64,000 nt of DNA from Okamejei kenojei (lineage: Eukaryota): positions 5,332,001-5,396,000 of the forward strand of contig CM069154.1 in the NCBI GenBank assembly GCA_035221665.1, read 5' to 3'. Below are positions 51,001-63,867 of the stretch, in pieces. Both the position numbers and the translations under genes were made by a program. Every line of letters begins with the position of its first letter. Position 1 is the stretch's first letter. The notes under the pieces were generated by a model, which made no database searches, was not told where the DNA came from, and worked only from the letters and a program-made list of their open reading frames with translations.

Positions 51001-54000
51001 AGAGGTAGGGTGAAGCAGCAGGGCAGGCAGATCTCTGGAGAACATCGATAGGTGACGTTTTGGGTTGAGACCTGAATTAGGGGAAGGCCAGATGAGGAAA
51101 AACCTTTTCACCCAGAGTTGTGAATCTGTAGGAATTCTTTGCCACAGAGGGCAGTGGAGGCCAAATTCACTGGATGTATTCAAGAGAGAGTTAGATATAG
51201 CTCTTAGGGCTAATGAAAATTCATGGGATAGGGGGATGCAAGCAGAACAAGGTACTGATTTTGGATGATCAGCCATGAACAAGTAGGACCTTGTCACCAA
51301 AACATCGCATCACTAGTAAAGAGAGCGCAGCAGCGTTTGCACTTTCTGCGCCGGATGAGAAGAGCTCACCTCCATCCCGTCCTCACCACTTTCTAAGGGG
51401 CACCATAGAGAGCATTTTGACAGCTGATCTGTCTGGTTGGGGACTGCAAAGCCTCCGACTGGAAGTCCGTGCACGAGAGTGGTGAGGACGGCTGAAAAAA
51501 ATCATGGGGACTTCTCTTCCTTCAATCCGGGACATTGCGCGCAAACGTTGCTTGTCCAAGGCCAACAGCATTATTAAAAAGACCCCACACATCTTTCCAT
51601 CATGGACTGTTCACTCTGCTGCCTCGGGCAAAAGGTTATCGCAGGTATAAGGAGCAGAAGGCCAGGTTCTGCAACAGCCTCTTCCCAGAGCCATCAGACT
51701 CTTGAATTCCATATAATGTGCCGCCACATATTATACTATTTTATCTTTTTATCTATTGATCTTTTTATATATTTTATCCTTTTGTTATTTTTATGTTAAC
51801 ACGGTGAGCCAGATGCAACGAAATTTCATTCCAACTTGCATGTTGTTGGTTGTATTTTTGAATGACAATAAAGTCTTTGATTGAAAATCATATTGAATGG
51901 CAGCAGTGCTGGCTCGAAGGGCCGAATTGCCTACTCCTGCGCCTTATTCTATGGTTATACTTTCTATGAATCGTTACCTATCACTTTCTCCAAGAGATAG
52001 TTCCTGACCCGTTGAGTTACTCCAGCACTTGAGTCCTTTGTGTATTAACCAGCATCTGCAGTTCCTTTGTTTCTACTAGTTCAATGGGGATGTGGGTTGT
52101 AGTGAGATTGAACACTATTGTAGTGTGATTGAAACCCGTCGGTTTTCTCCAGAGATGCTGCCTGTCCCGCTGAGTTACTCCAGCTCTTACATAGAAAGAA
52201 ACATAGAACAACATAGAAATTAGGTGCAGGAGTAGGCCATTCAGCCCTTCGAGCCTGCACCGCCATTCAATATGATCATGGTGATCATCCAACTCAGTAT
52301 CCCGTACCTGCCTTCTCTCCATACCCTCTGATCCCATAGCCACAAGGGCCACATCCAACCACTCTTAAATATAGCCAATGAACTGGCCTCAACTACCATG
52401 TGTGGGCAGAGAGTTCCAGAGGACTCACCACCCTCTGTGTGAAGAAAGTCTTCTCATCTCGGTCTTAAGGATTTCCCCCTTATCCTTAAGCTGTGACCCA
52501 TTGTCCTGGACTTCCCCAACATCGGGAACAATCTTCCTGCCATCTAGCCTGTCCAACCCCTTAAGAATTTTGTTAAGTTTAAATTTCTATAAGATCCCCT
52601 CTTAATCTCCTAAATTCCAGAGAGTATTAACCGTAGTCTATCCAGTCTTTCTTCATAAGGACAGTCCTGACATCCCAGGAAGAATCAGTCTGGTGAACCT
52701 TCTCTGCACTCCCTCTATGGCAATAATGTCCTTCCTCAGATTTGGAGAGACCAAAAACTGCACGCAATACTCAGGTGTGGTCTCACCAAGACCCTGTACA
52801 ACTGAAGTAGAACCTCCCCTGCTCCTGTACTCAAAATCCTTTTGCTATGAAAGCTAACATACCATTCGCTTTTTTTTTTTTTTTCACTGCCTGCTGCACC
52901 TGCATGCCTACTTTCTCAATGACTGGTGTACCATGACACCAGGTCTCGCTGCATCTCCCTTTTCCTAATCGGCCACCATTTTAATAATAGTCTGCTTTCC
53001 TGTTTTTGCACCAAAGTGGATACCTCACATTTATCCACATTATACTGCATCTGCCAAACATTTGCCACTCACCCAGCCTATCCAAGTCACCTTGCAGTCT
53101 CCTAGCATCCCTCCACAGCGAACACTGCCCCCCAGCTTAGTGTCATCCGCAAACTTGGAGTATTGCCTTCAATTCCTCATCCAGATCATTAATATATATT
53201 GTAAAAGCTGGGGTCCAGCACTGAGCCCTGCGGTACCCACTAGTTAACTGCCTGCCATTGTATTTTAACGTGAAAAGGACCGTTTACTCCTACTCTTTAC
53301 TTCCTGTTTGCCAGCCAGTTCTCTATCCACATCAATACTGAACCCTAATACCGTATGCTTTAAGTTTGTATACTAATATCTTATGTGGGACCTTGTCGAA
53401 AGCCTTCTGGAAGTCCAGATATACCACATCACTGGTTTCTCCTTATCCACGCTACTAGTTACATCCTCGAAATAATTCACATGATTCGTCAGACATGATT
53501 TACCTTTGTAAATCCATGCTGACTTTGTCAATGATTTCACACTTTCCAAATGTGCTGCTATCCCATCTTTAATAAATGACTCTAGCAGTTTCCCACTACC
53601 GATGTTAGACTAACTGGTCTGTAATTCCCCGTTTTCTCTCTCCCTCCCTTCTTAAAAAGAGGGTTACATTTGCTACCCGCCAATCCTCAGGAACTACTCC
53701 AGAATCTAAAGAGTTTTGAAAGATTATCACTAATGCATCCATATTTCCTGAGCTACTTCCTTAAGTACTCTGGATGCAGCCTATCTGGCCCTGGGGATTT
53801 ATCGGCCTTTAATCTATTCAATTTTACCCAAACACCACTTCCCGACTGACCTGGGGATTTCACTCAATTCCTCTTTGACCCACAGTCCCCTGCTATTTCA
53901 GGCAGATTATTTATGTTTTCCTTAGTGAAGACGGAACCCAAAGTAGTTATTCAATTGGTCCGCCATATCCTTGTTCCCCATGATAACTCACCTGTTTCTG

Positions 54001-57000
54001 ACTGCAAGGGACCTACATTTGTTTTAACTAACCTCTTTCTCTTCAATATCTATAAAAACTTTTGCAGTCAGTTTTTATGTTCCCTGCCAGTTCTCTTTCA
54101 TAATCTATTTTTCCTTCCTAATTAAGCCCTTGTCCTCCTCTGCTGGGTCTCTGAATTTTCTCCAGTCCTCTGGTATGCTGCTTTTTCTGGCTACTTTGTA
54201 CGCATCATCCTTTGCTTTGATACTATCCCCTGATTTTCCCTTGTTATCCACGGATGCACTACCTTCCCCGATTTATTCTTTGTGCCAAACTGGGATGAAA
54301 CAATTTTTGTAGTTCATCCATGCAGTCTTTAAATGTCTTCCATTTGTATATATCCACCGTCAACCCTTTTAGAATTAATTGCCAGTCAATCTTGGCCAAT
54401 TCACGTCTCATACCCTCAAAAAGTTACCTTTCTTTAAGTTCAGAACCATTGTTTCTGAATTAAACAATGTCACTCTCCATCCTAATGGAGAACTCAACCA
54501 TATATTATGGTCACTCTTGCCCAAGGGGGCACGTACAACAAGACGGCTAATTACCCCTTCCTCATACTCAAACCCAGTCTAAAATAGCTGCTCTCTCGTT
54601 GGTTCCTCTACATGTTGATTTAGATAACTATCCCGCATACCATTCCAAAAAATCCTCTTCCTCAGCACCCCTGCCCAATTTGATTAACCCAATCTATATG
54701 TAGATTGAAGTCACCCATTATAACTGTTTTGCCTTTGTCGCACGCATTTCTAATTTCCTGTTTGATACCATCCCCAACTTTCTCTGCTAACTGTTAGGTG
54801 GCCTGTACACAACACCCACCAGCGTTTTCTGCCCCTTAGTGTTTTGTAGCTCTACCCATACCGATTCCACATCCTCCAAGCTAATGTCCTTCCTTTCCAT
54901 TGCTTTAAATGGTGGCCGATTAGGAAAAGGGGAGATGCAGCGAGACCTGGGTGTCATGGTACACCAGTCATTGAAAGTAGGCATGCAGGTGCAGCAGGCA
55001 GTGAAAAAAAGCGAATGGTATGTTAGCTTTCATAGCAAAAGGATTTGAGTACAGGGGAGCAGGGAGGTGTCTACTTCAGTTGTACAGGGTCTTGGTGAGA
55101 CCACACCTGGAGTATTGCGTGCAGTTTTGGGTCTCCAATCTGAGGAAGGACATTATTGCCATAGAGGGAGTGCAGAGAAGGTTCACCAGACTGATTCCTG
55201 GGATGTCAGGACTGTCTTATGAAGAAAGACTGGATAGACTCGGTTTATTACTCTCTGGAATTTAGGAGATTAAGAGGGGATCTTATAGAAACTTACAAAA
55301 TTCTTAAGGGGTTGGACAGGCTAGATGCAGGAAGATTGTTCCCGATGTTGGGGAAGTCCAGGACAAGGGGGTCACAGCTTAAGGATAAAGGGGGGAAAAT
55401 CCTTTAAGACCGAGATGAGAAAGACTTTCTTCACACAGAGAGTGGTGAGTTCTCTGGAAACTCTCTGCCACAGAGGGTAGTTGAGGCCAGTTCATTGGCT
55501 ATATTTAAGTGAGTTGGATGTGGCCCTTGTGGCTAAGGGGATCAGAGGGTATGGAGAGAAGGCAGGTACGGGATACTGAGTTGGATGATCAGCCATGATC
55601 ATATTGAATGGCGGTGCAGGCTCGAAGGGCTGAATGGCCTACTCCTGCACCTAATTTCTATGTTTCTATGTTTCTATGTTTTAATCTCCTCTCTAACCAG
55701 CAACGCTACTCCACCTCCTTTTCGTTTCTCTCTATCCCTCCTGAATATTGAATATCCCTGGATGTTCAGCTCCCAGCCTACGTCACCCTGGAGCCATGTC
55801 TCCGTGATCCCAACTATATCATAATCATTAATATCTATCTGCACGTTCAACTCGTCCACCTTATTACGAATACTCCTTGCATTGAGACACAAAGCCTTCA
55901 GGCTTGTCTTTACAACGCATTTTACTCCTTATACAATTTTGCTGAAAAGTGGCCCTTTTTGATTTTAGCCCTGGTTTTGTCTGCCTGCCACTTTTACCTT
56001 TCACCTTGCTACCTAATGCTTCTACCTCATTTTACACCCTCCTGCCTCTCTGCTCTTGTACCCATCCCCTGCCACATTAGTTTAAATCCTCCCCGACAGC
56101 ACTAGCAAACACTCCCCCAAGAACATTGGTTCCATTCCATTCCAGGTGCAAACCGTCCTGTTTGTACCGGTCCCACCTCCCCCAGAACTGGTCCCAGTGC
56201 CCTAAAAAATTTGAATCCCTCCCCCTTGCACCACTTTTCAAGCCACGTATTCATTTGCATTATCCTCCTATTTCTACTCTGACTGGCCCGTGGTACTGGT
56301 AGTAATCCGGAGATTACTACCTTTGAGGTCCTACTTTTAAGTTTATCTCCTAGCTCCCTAAATTCACCTTGTAGGACCTCATCCCTTTTTTTACCTATAT
56401 CGTTGGTGCCAACATGCACCACGACAACTGGCTGTTCACCCTCCCCCTCCAGAATGTTCTGCAGCCGTTCAGTGACATCCCTGACCTTTGCCCAGGGAGG
56501 CAACATACCATCCTGGAGTCTCGTTTGCGGCCGCAGAAACGCCTATCTATTCCCCTGACAATTTGAATCCCCTATTACTATTGCCCTTCCCCTCTTTTTT
56601 CCCCCCTCATGTGCTGCAGAGCCACCCATGGTGCCATGAACCTGCCTGCTGCTGCATTCCCCTGATGAGCCATCTCCCTCAACAGTATCCAAAATGGTAT
56701 ACCTGTTTAGGAGGGTAGATGACCGCAGGGACTCTTTGTGTCTATCTTTGGTGTAAACCAGCACCTGCAGTTCCTTGATGCTGCACATGATCTTTGCGAA
56801 ACCATGAAGCTGTCTGAACAGCACAAATTACATGTTTTTTTATTGTTAACCAACCAACCAACCCAGCCAGACCACAGTCTACAAAGAATGGACCCGGCAT
56901 CCTCTCCTTCCCATTCACCACTTCACACCTACTTAAGGCAAGACTCCAGTATGAAAATACTGTCACTTCACACCCACTCACAAAGACTGGGCCCTTCTAC

Positions 57001-60000
57001 GCCCACCCCCCTCCAATCACCACTTCACACCAAATCACCCACACCCTCTGTCACTTATCAAATATCAACAATAAAAATAGAGGAGGAGGAGAGGCATTTC
57101 AGAGGACAAAAAAGCCGGAAATCTCCAGGACTTGACAATGTTTCCCCCTCGACTCTTAAGCTCTGTGCCAAACAGCTGGCACCGGTCTACACAGACATTT
57201 TAAACCAGTCCCTGCAAACATGTACTGTCCCTGCCTGCTTCAAAGTCTCCACTATTGTCACTGCACCCAAAAAGGCAAGGATTACTTGTCTTAATGACTA
57301 CAGGCCTGTCACACTGACCTCTGTAGTCATGAAGACACTCTAAAGGCATGTGCTGGCCAAGCTGAAAAATATCACAAACCCAGTGCTGGACCCTCTGCAA
57401 TTTGCATATCGGGCCAATAGATCTGTGGATGATGCAGTCAACCTGGGCCTGCACTTCATCCTAGACCACCAGGGGACCTATGCGAGGATCCTGTTTATTG
57501 ATTTTAGCTCTGCATTCAACACCATTGTGCCAGAGCTACTACACTCCAAACTTTCCAAGTTGACTGTGCCTGAACCCCTCTGTCGGTGGATCACCAGCTT
57601 CCTGACAGACAGGAAGCAGCATGTGAGGCTGGGAAAGCACATCTCGGACCCCCAAACGCTCAGCATAGAGGCACCGCAAGGCTGCGTACTCTCCCCTCTC
57701 CTCTACTCTCTCTGCACCAATGACTGCACCTCTACAGACTCCTCTGCCAAACTTCCCAAGTTTGCGGACGATACAACCCTGATTGGACTGATCCAGGATG
57801 GGGAGGAATCTGCCTACAGACAGGAAGTGTCACAGCTGGCGTCCTGGTGCCGTAGCAACAACCTAGAGCTCAATGCTCTTAAGACAGTGAAATTGATTGT
57901 GGACTTTAGGAGAGCTCCCCCTCCCCTCATCTCACTCACCATCAACAACACCACAGTCACATCTGTGGAGTCGTTTAAGTTCCTGGGAAATATCACCTCC
58001 AAGGACCTTAAGTGTGGGCGACCATCAACTCCACAGTCAAAAAGGCACAACAGAGGATGTACTTCCTACGGCAGCTGAGGAAGCACAATCTGCCACAGGC
58101 AATGATGGTCCAATTCTACACGGCCATCGTAGAGTCTGTTCTCACCTTCTCCATCATGGTCTGGTTTGGCTCAGCACCAAGCACGACACCTGGAGGCTGC
58201 AGCGAATCGTCCGATCAGCTGAGAAGGTTATTGGCTGCAACCTTCCCTCCATTGATGAACTGTACACTGCAAGGGCCAGGAAGCGAGCGGGCAAGATCAT
58301 CTCTGACCCCTCTCACCCTGGCCACAAACTCTTTGAATCACTTCCCTCTGGAAGGCGACTCAAAGCTGCCACATAAAAAACTGTTTTTATCCACGAGTAG
58401 TTGCTCTACTCAACAGCCAAAAATCTGTAGCCTCCCTTTGATCTGATATTTTGTTGGTTCACATGCTTAATCAATGGTGTTTTATCATTAATGTTTTATT
58501 ATTATTAATGTTTAGTATTTTCTGAGTGATTCGTAACTGTCACTGTATGTCATGTTGTTACGTGTGGGCGGAGCACCAAGGCAAATTCCTTGTATGTGAA
58601 TACTTGGCCAATAAACTTACTTACTTACTTAAACCTCAGCTTGTGTTGCTGCAGTGTGAGTGATCTTTCATCATTAATGTGCCCACAGGGTCAAGGGGAG
58701 TAACTGAACCCGAGGAGGTGAGGGGAGAGTTGGGGCAGTCGGTCACTGTGGAATGTCAGTATGATTGGAAATATAGAGATTACAGCAAGCTGTGGAGTAA
58801 AGGTGATGATTACCAGTCATCTTCTACCGTGGTTTCTACTGATGACCCACGACAAGGGAGAACATCGATAACTGATGACAAAACACAACAGATAGTTTCA
58901 GTAACCATCAACAACCTGGAGAAGAGTGATGAAGGACACTACTGGTGTGTGATAGCAAAGGGAAAACATTCACACAATGAATCGACCCCCATCTCATTGG
59001 TGGTTTCTGAAGGTACGTTGACGATCTCTCTCCTCACGCTCCCAGATGTGAAAATTCCCAGCCTGGGAATTTCGGCCTCAGTCCAGATGGTGACTCGGTG
59101 CCACATCCCCGGGGGTCGAGGTGGATGGGGAGGGGGGGGGGGGGTGGTGGTGGTGGTGGTGCATACATCATTTACTGGGCCCACTGTCCCAGGAGCAGTA
59201 TAGGGGGGGGATGTCAGACACCAGCCCCACGGAAGATCCCAGCTACCGCGGTTCTGCTGCTGAGGCTCATTTCCCGAAAGACGATCGCTCTGGGACCAGA
59301 ACCTCCAGAACCAGGTGGGGGAAAACCGGCCCCTCACCCACCAGGGTGGAGAAAGGGAGAAAGGGGTCAAGGGGGAAGGGGAGGGCGCAGGTTAGTAGAA
59401 GATAGTTAAAATTAGAGAATTCAACGTTCAAACCGTTGGGTTGTAAACTACCTGAGCGTAATATGAGGTGCGGTTCCTCCAACCTGCATGTGGCCTTACT
59501 CTGGCAATGGAGGAGGCCCAGGACAGACAGGTCAGTGTGGGAATGGGAAGGGACGTTGACAGGGTTGGCAACCGGGAGATCAAGAAGGGTCCCGACCCGA
59601 AAAGGCCACCTACCCTTTTACTCCAGAGATGCTGCCTGATCTGTCATCAGTCTGAAGAAGGGTCTTGACCCGAAACGTCGCCTATTTCCTTCACTCCATA
59701 GATGCTTCCGCCCTCACCAGCTGAGTTTCTCCAGCATTTTTGTCTACCTGCCGAGTTACTCCAGCACTTTGTGTCAATCTTTGGTGTAAACCAGCACCTG
59801 CAGTTCCTTGCTACACATGATCTATGCAAAACCATGAACCTGTCTGAACAGCACAAATGACATGTTTTTTATTGTTAAACCTCAGCTTGTGTTGCTGCAG
59901 TGTGAGTGATCTTTCATCATTCATGTGCCCACAGGGTCAGGGGGAATAACTGGACCAAAGGAGGTGAGGGGACAGTTGGGGCAGTCGGTCACAGTGGAAT

Positions 60001-63000
60001 GTCGGTATCGTCAGGAATACAGTGACAACAGCAAGCGATGGCTTAAAGGTTATTATTACCGGTTATCTAAGACCGTGGTTTCTACTGATGACCCACGACA
60101 AGGGAGAACATCGATAACTGATAACAAAACACAACGGATACTTTCAGTAACCATCGACAACCTGGAGAAGAGTGATGAAGGACACTACTGGTGTGCGATA
60201 CACGTACGATGGAACTTCGATGAAAGGACATCCATCTCATTGAAGGTTTCTGAAGGTACGTTGAAGATCTCTCCTCACTCTCCCAGATGTGAACATTCCA
60301 GCCTGGGAATTCCTGGCCTCGGTCCTGACGGTGATTCGGTGCCACATCGCCGGGAGTCAGGGTGAAGGGGGGGAGCACATTTACAGGGGTCCATGAGCCC
60401 ACTGTCCAAGGAGCAGTGTGTGTATGTGTGTGTGTGGGGGGGGGGGGGGGACGGGGACGGGGAGGGGGGGACCTCGTGAACGGGGACCGGCGGTTCTGCT
60501 GCTGGCGGCTCATTTCCCCAAAGACGATCGCTCCAGGACCAGAACCTCTGCCGTCCCCTCACTGTGGCAGGAGGGGTGGAACCGCCCCCTCACCCTCTCC
60601 CCCTGCCCGTCACTGTCACACCCACACACACACATCATCTGAAGAAAGGTCCCAACCCTATACATCGTCCGTTCATTCCTTCCACAGATGCTGCCGGACC
60701 TGCTGAGTTACTCCAGCACTTTGTGTTTTGCTCAAGATTCCAGCACCTGCAATTCCTTGTGTCTCACAAACTTTGGTGATTCATGAGCTCAGTTTATTGT
60801 TGTCGTCTGTTCCGACGTACAGGGAAAAGCTTTTACCGTGTTTCCAATGAGGGCCAAGTCACTGGGTATTTTTAGGATTCACAGGTTCTCGATTAGTATG
60901 GGTGTCAAGCGATATGGGGAGAAGGGAAGAAAATGGGGTTGAGAGGGAGAGATAGATCAGCCATGATTGAATGGCGGAGTAGACAAAAATGGGCCAAATG
61001 ACCTCATTCCTCCCCTAACACATGAACTTCATTGCAAGAGGATTTCAGTACAGGAGTGGAGAGGTTCTTCTGCAGTTGTATAGGGGTCTGGTAAGACCAC
61101 ATCTGGAGTGTTGTGTCCAGTTTAGGTCCCCTAATTTGAGGAAGGACATCCTTGTGATTGAGGCAGAATCACGAGATTGATCCATGGGAAGGCGGGACTG
61201 TCACACGAGGAAAGATTGAAAAGACTCGGCTCTAAACTGGAGTTTAGGAGGATGAGTGGAGATCTTATAGAAACATATAAAATTATAAAAGGACTGGACA
61301 AGCTCGATGAAGGAAAAATGTTCCCAATGTTGGGCGAGTCCAGAACCAGGGGGCACAGTCTTAGAATAAAGGGGAGGCCATTTAAGACTGAGGTGAGAAA
61401 AAACTTTTTCACCCAGAGAGTTGTGAATCTGTGGAATTCTCTGCCACAGAGGGCAGTGGAGTCCAAATGACTGGATGGATTTAAGAGAGAGTTAGATGGA
61501 GCTCTCGGGGCTAGTGGAATCAAGGGATATGGGGAGAAGGCAGGCATAGGTTATTGATTGGGGACGTTCAGCCCTGATCACAATGAATGGCGATGCTGGC
61601 TCAAAGGGCCGAAAGGCCTCCTCCTGCACCTATTTTCTATGTTTCTATAACTTATGAACGAAGAATCCTCATGAGATGACTGATATGTCATCTTCCGAAC
61701 TTTTTGTATTATTATAGGGCAGTGCATATAAAGGATAATTTACTGCTTGGACAGTTCTACCCAACAGACAGAATGAATAAGAATGGAGAAAGAGGACTGT
61801 TCTCCTTGTAATATAGGAGCGATCCTCTTCTCCCCGATAAAACTGAACAACACAATATATAAGAATAACCTAATTATACATGATACAATAAGAATTTGGA
61901 AACAAATAAAATTATCCTTAAAATTAAGAAACCTATCTTTGTTAATGCCAATAGTGAATAACCCTTCATTTAAACCATCTCTTATTGATAAAACATATAA
62001 TCAATGGGAAAGAATGGGAATTAAAAGGATCGGTGATAATGTATGAAATGGGAAATCTGTTATCATTCCAAAATTCCAATTAAAATTTTAACTGAAAAAT
62101 AACCAATATTTTAAATATCTTCAGATCTGCGACTTCATGAAGAAATACATACAAAGATATCAAAACAACTTTAGATCCACTGGAAGAAGCAATGAACATT
62201 AAGGCTGACTCACAGAAATTAATATCATATTTATATGATAGTATTTTAAATATAGATTTACCATCGACAGAGGCACTTAGAGAAGAGTGGGAATGAGAAT
62301 TAATGATAAAAATTACGAAGGAAACATGGGAAAACGTATTTGGTATATATACATAAATGTTCAATTAATGTAAGATAAAATTGAATAAAAATTTTACATA
62401 GATTATATTACTCAAAAACTAGATTGAATAAATTCTATCCAAATATTTCCCCCATTTGTGATAAATGTCTATCCCAAAATGCAACGATAACACACTCTTT
62501 TGTCTCCTGCATAAAACTGCATATAAATTCTGGAGTGATATTTTTGAAATATTTACAAAATCTATTTATCTATTTAAGATAAAAATGGAACCTAATACTG
62601 AAATGATTGTATTTGGAGTAATGGCAGATGGGAATAAATTGAACTCATCTCAAATTTTATTTTTTAATTATCGGTTAATAATGGCAAAAAAACGTATACT
62701 TTTGGAAAAATACAGCCATACTAATGCTTAAAATGTGGATTTCAAACATGTTGGACACTGCACATCTTGAGGAAACGCGATTCCTCCTAATAGATAAATC
62801 AGACCAATTTTTAACGAGTTGGTCTCCATTTGTCGACTTTTTGGAAGCATATGGTGCAACAAAATGGTAGAAGCTAACTGTTTCAGGATTGGGAGAGGGA
62901 TGGTCACGAATATAGATAACGATCTCCTTAATCTCTTACTTTCTACTCTTTCTCTTTCTTTTTTCTTTTTCTTTCTCAACTTTCTTCTTTCACACTTTTT

Positions 63001-63867
63001 TTCTTTCTCACACACTATATATCACATGTTTCTATCTTTTATTATCTTTTCTCTCTTTTTCTTTTTCATTATTAAAAAGAATAATAATAAGAAGCTGTAC
63101 ATACAATGTAACATGTCAATATATATTAGGCACCTTGATGCCATATTCCTGTACTTACTTTTAATAAAATAAAAAATAAAAAAAAATAAAATTTAAAAAA
63201 AAATACAAAAATGAGATGACTGATATGGACTTTACACTGAGCCGCACAAACTGCACAAGATGAAATACTCAACGGGTTGGGCAGCATCTGTGGAGAGAGA
63301 ACGAGAGTTAATGTTTCATGTAGATACCTCCAACCAAATTGCATTATTTCCAATTCAGTCCACTTAATTAAAATAGTCCATGAATCCACCCGCTCCCACT
63401 TTAAGTTCTTCTCCAACGTAGAAGACATGTGCCTAACTCTAGCAGCAGGAAGATAACACAGCCCGTGGGACTCTGAAGGGCATGAAAGAAGTCTCTGAAT
63501 GCTTGCGACCATCCGGTGGCATCTTAATGGGTGAGCCTCCTGTCTAGATCAAGAGGCATGGTCCATCCATGGTGGCCTCAGAAGGATCTTTGCCCAAATA
63601 TGTGTAGTGGGATTCAAACAAAGAATCTCCCCCCCACACCACTAAAGTGGCACAGAATGTGCTTTCAGACATTTAATGTTCAAAAACTTCATTTTCTTTA
63701 TCTCCACAAGGGTCTCAAACAAGCCGCCCAGACATGGTCACCTCCATCTCTACAACAATAAGCACAAGGGCTTCCACCACAACCACTCTCACCACCCTGA
63801 CTCAAGATGCACCAACCACCAAGAAAGCAAGTTCCATTGAGTCTCCTGGTTCAACACCTCCAAACAG
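47980..63867 (+). CDS. CD300/pIgR(CMRF35)-like receptor, copy B, 5' part; exons 47980-48076, 58689-59012, 59935-60255, 63711-63867; continues past the window
   Basis: Spliced frame is open: MAVGQGEFTHQKRPRSRGTVALLVLVAVGLTS / IgV1 (108 codons) / IgV2 (107 codons) / GSQTSRPDMVTSISTTISTRASTTTTLTTLTQDAPTTKKASSIESPGSTPPN. Confidence 0.88.
49663..50634. mobile_element. Non-autonomous hAT-like DNA transposon
   Basis: 8-bp TSD catgtacc (49655-49662 and 50635-50642); imperfect TIRs CAGGGCCGGCC / GGCCGCCCACCTG. Confidence 0.75.
52189..56731 (-). mobile_element. CR1 LINE, 4.5 kb, with SGNH-esterase ORF1 and APE-RT ORF2; present only in copy B
   Basis: IVIGDS and VVVHVGTNDIG; CLNARSIRNK..DIVGITETWL; (ttctatgt)n tail; ctctt repeated at 52184-52188 and 56732-56736; empty site at ~9470. 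Confidence 0.92.
54906..55680 (+). mobile_element. Nested CR1 3' fragment inserted in opposite orientation into the endonuclease region of the host CR1
   Basis: [22 protein letters not shown]; (tttctatg)3 tail; tttaa at both junctions. Confidence 0.88.
56848..58630 (+). mobile_element. Rex1/Babar-like LINE (duplicate of 9581-11390)
   Basis: ORF 57350-58078 RT: LDPLQFAYR, APQGCVLSPLLY, KFADDTT. Confidence 0.9.
58689..59012 (+). CDS. Copy B Ig V-set domain 1 exon (intact)
   Basis: VTVECQY..KLWSKG..DEGHYWCVI; canonical B-F Cys pair, C-strand Trp and DxGxYxC. Confidence 0.92.
59935..60255 (+). CDS. Copy B Ig V-set domain 2 exon (intact)
   Basis: VTVECRY..KRWLKG..DEGHYWCAIHVRWNFDERTSISLKVSE. 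Confidence 0.92.
61690..63205 (+). mobile_element. Older L1 3' fragment, uninterrupted (empty site at ~62654)
   Basis: Equals 14470-15420 joined to 22220-22790. Confidence 0.8.
63711..63867 (+). CDS. Copy B mucin-like stalk exon
   Basis: Open S/T/P-rich frame, phase 1 in and phase 2 out, matching the TM exon phase seen in copy A. Confidence 0.85.

Noticed and set aside
59990-59996. CACAGTG/CACTGTG (RSS heptamer) inside the Ig exons
   Set aside because: It simply encodes V-T-V. There is no nonamer at 12/23 spacing and no J or C segments, so this is not a rearranging antigen-receptor locus.
47980-63867. Assigning a gene symbol such as PIGR or CD300LF
   Set aside because: Only family-level similarity is visible; orthology needs phylogeny and synteny.
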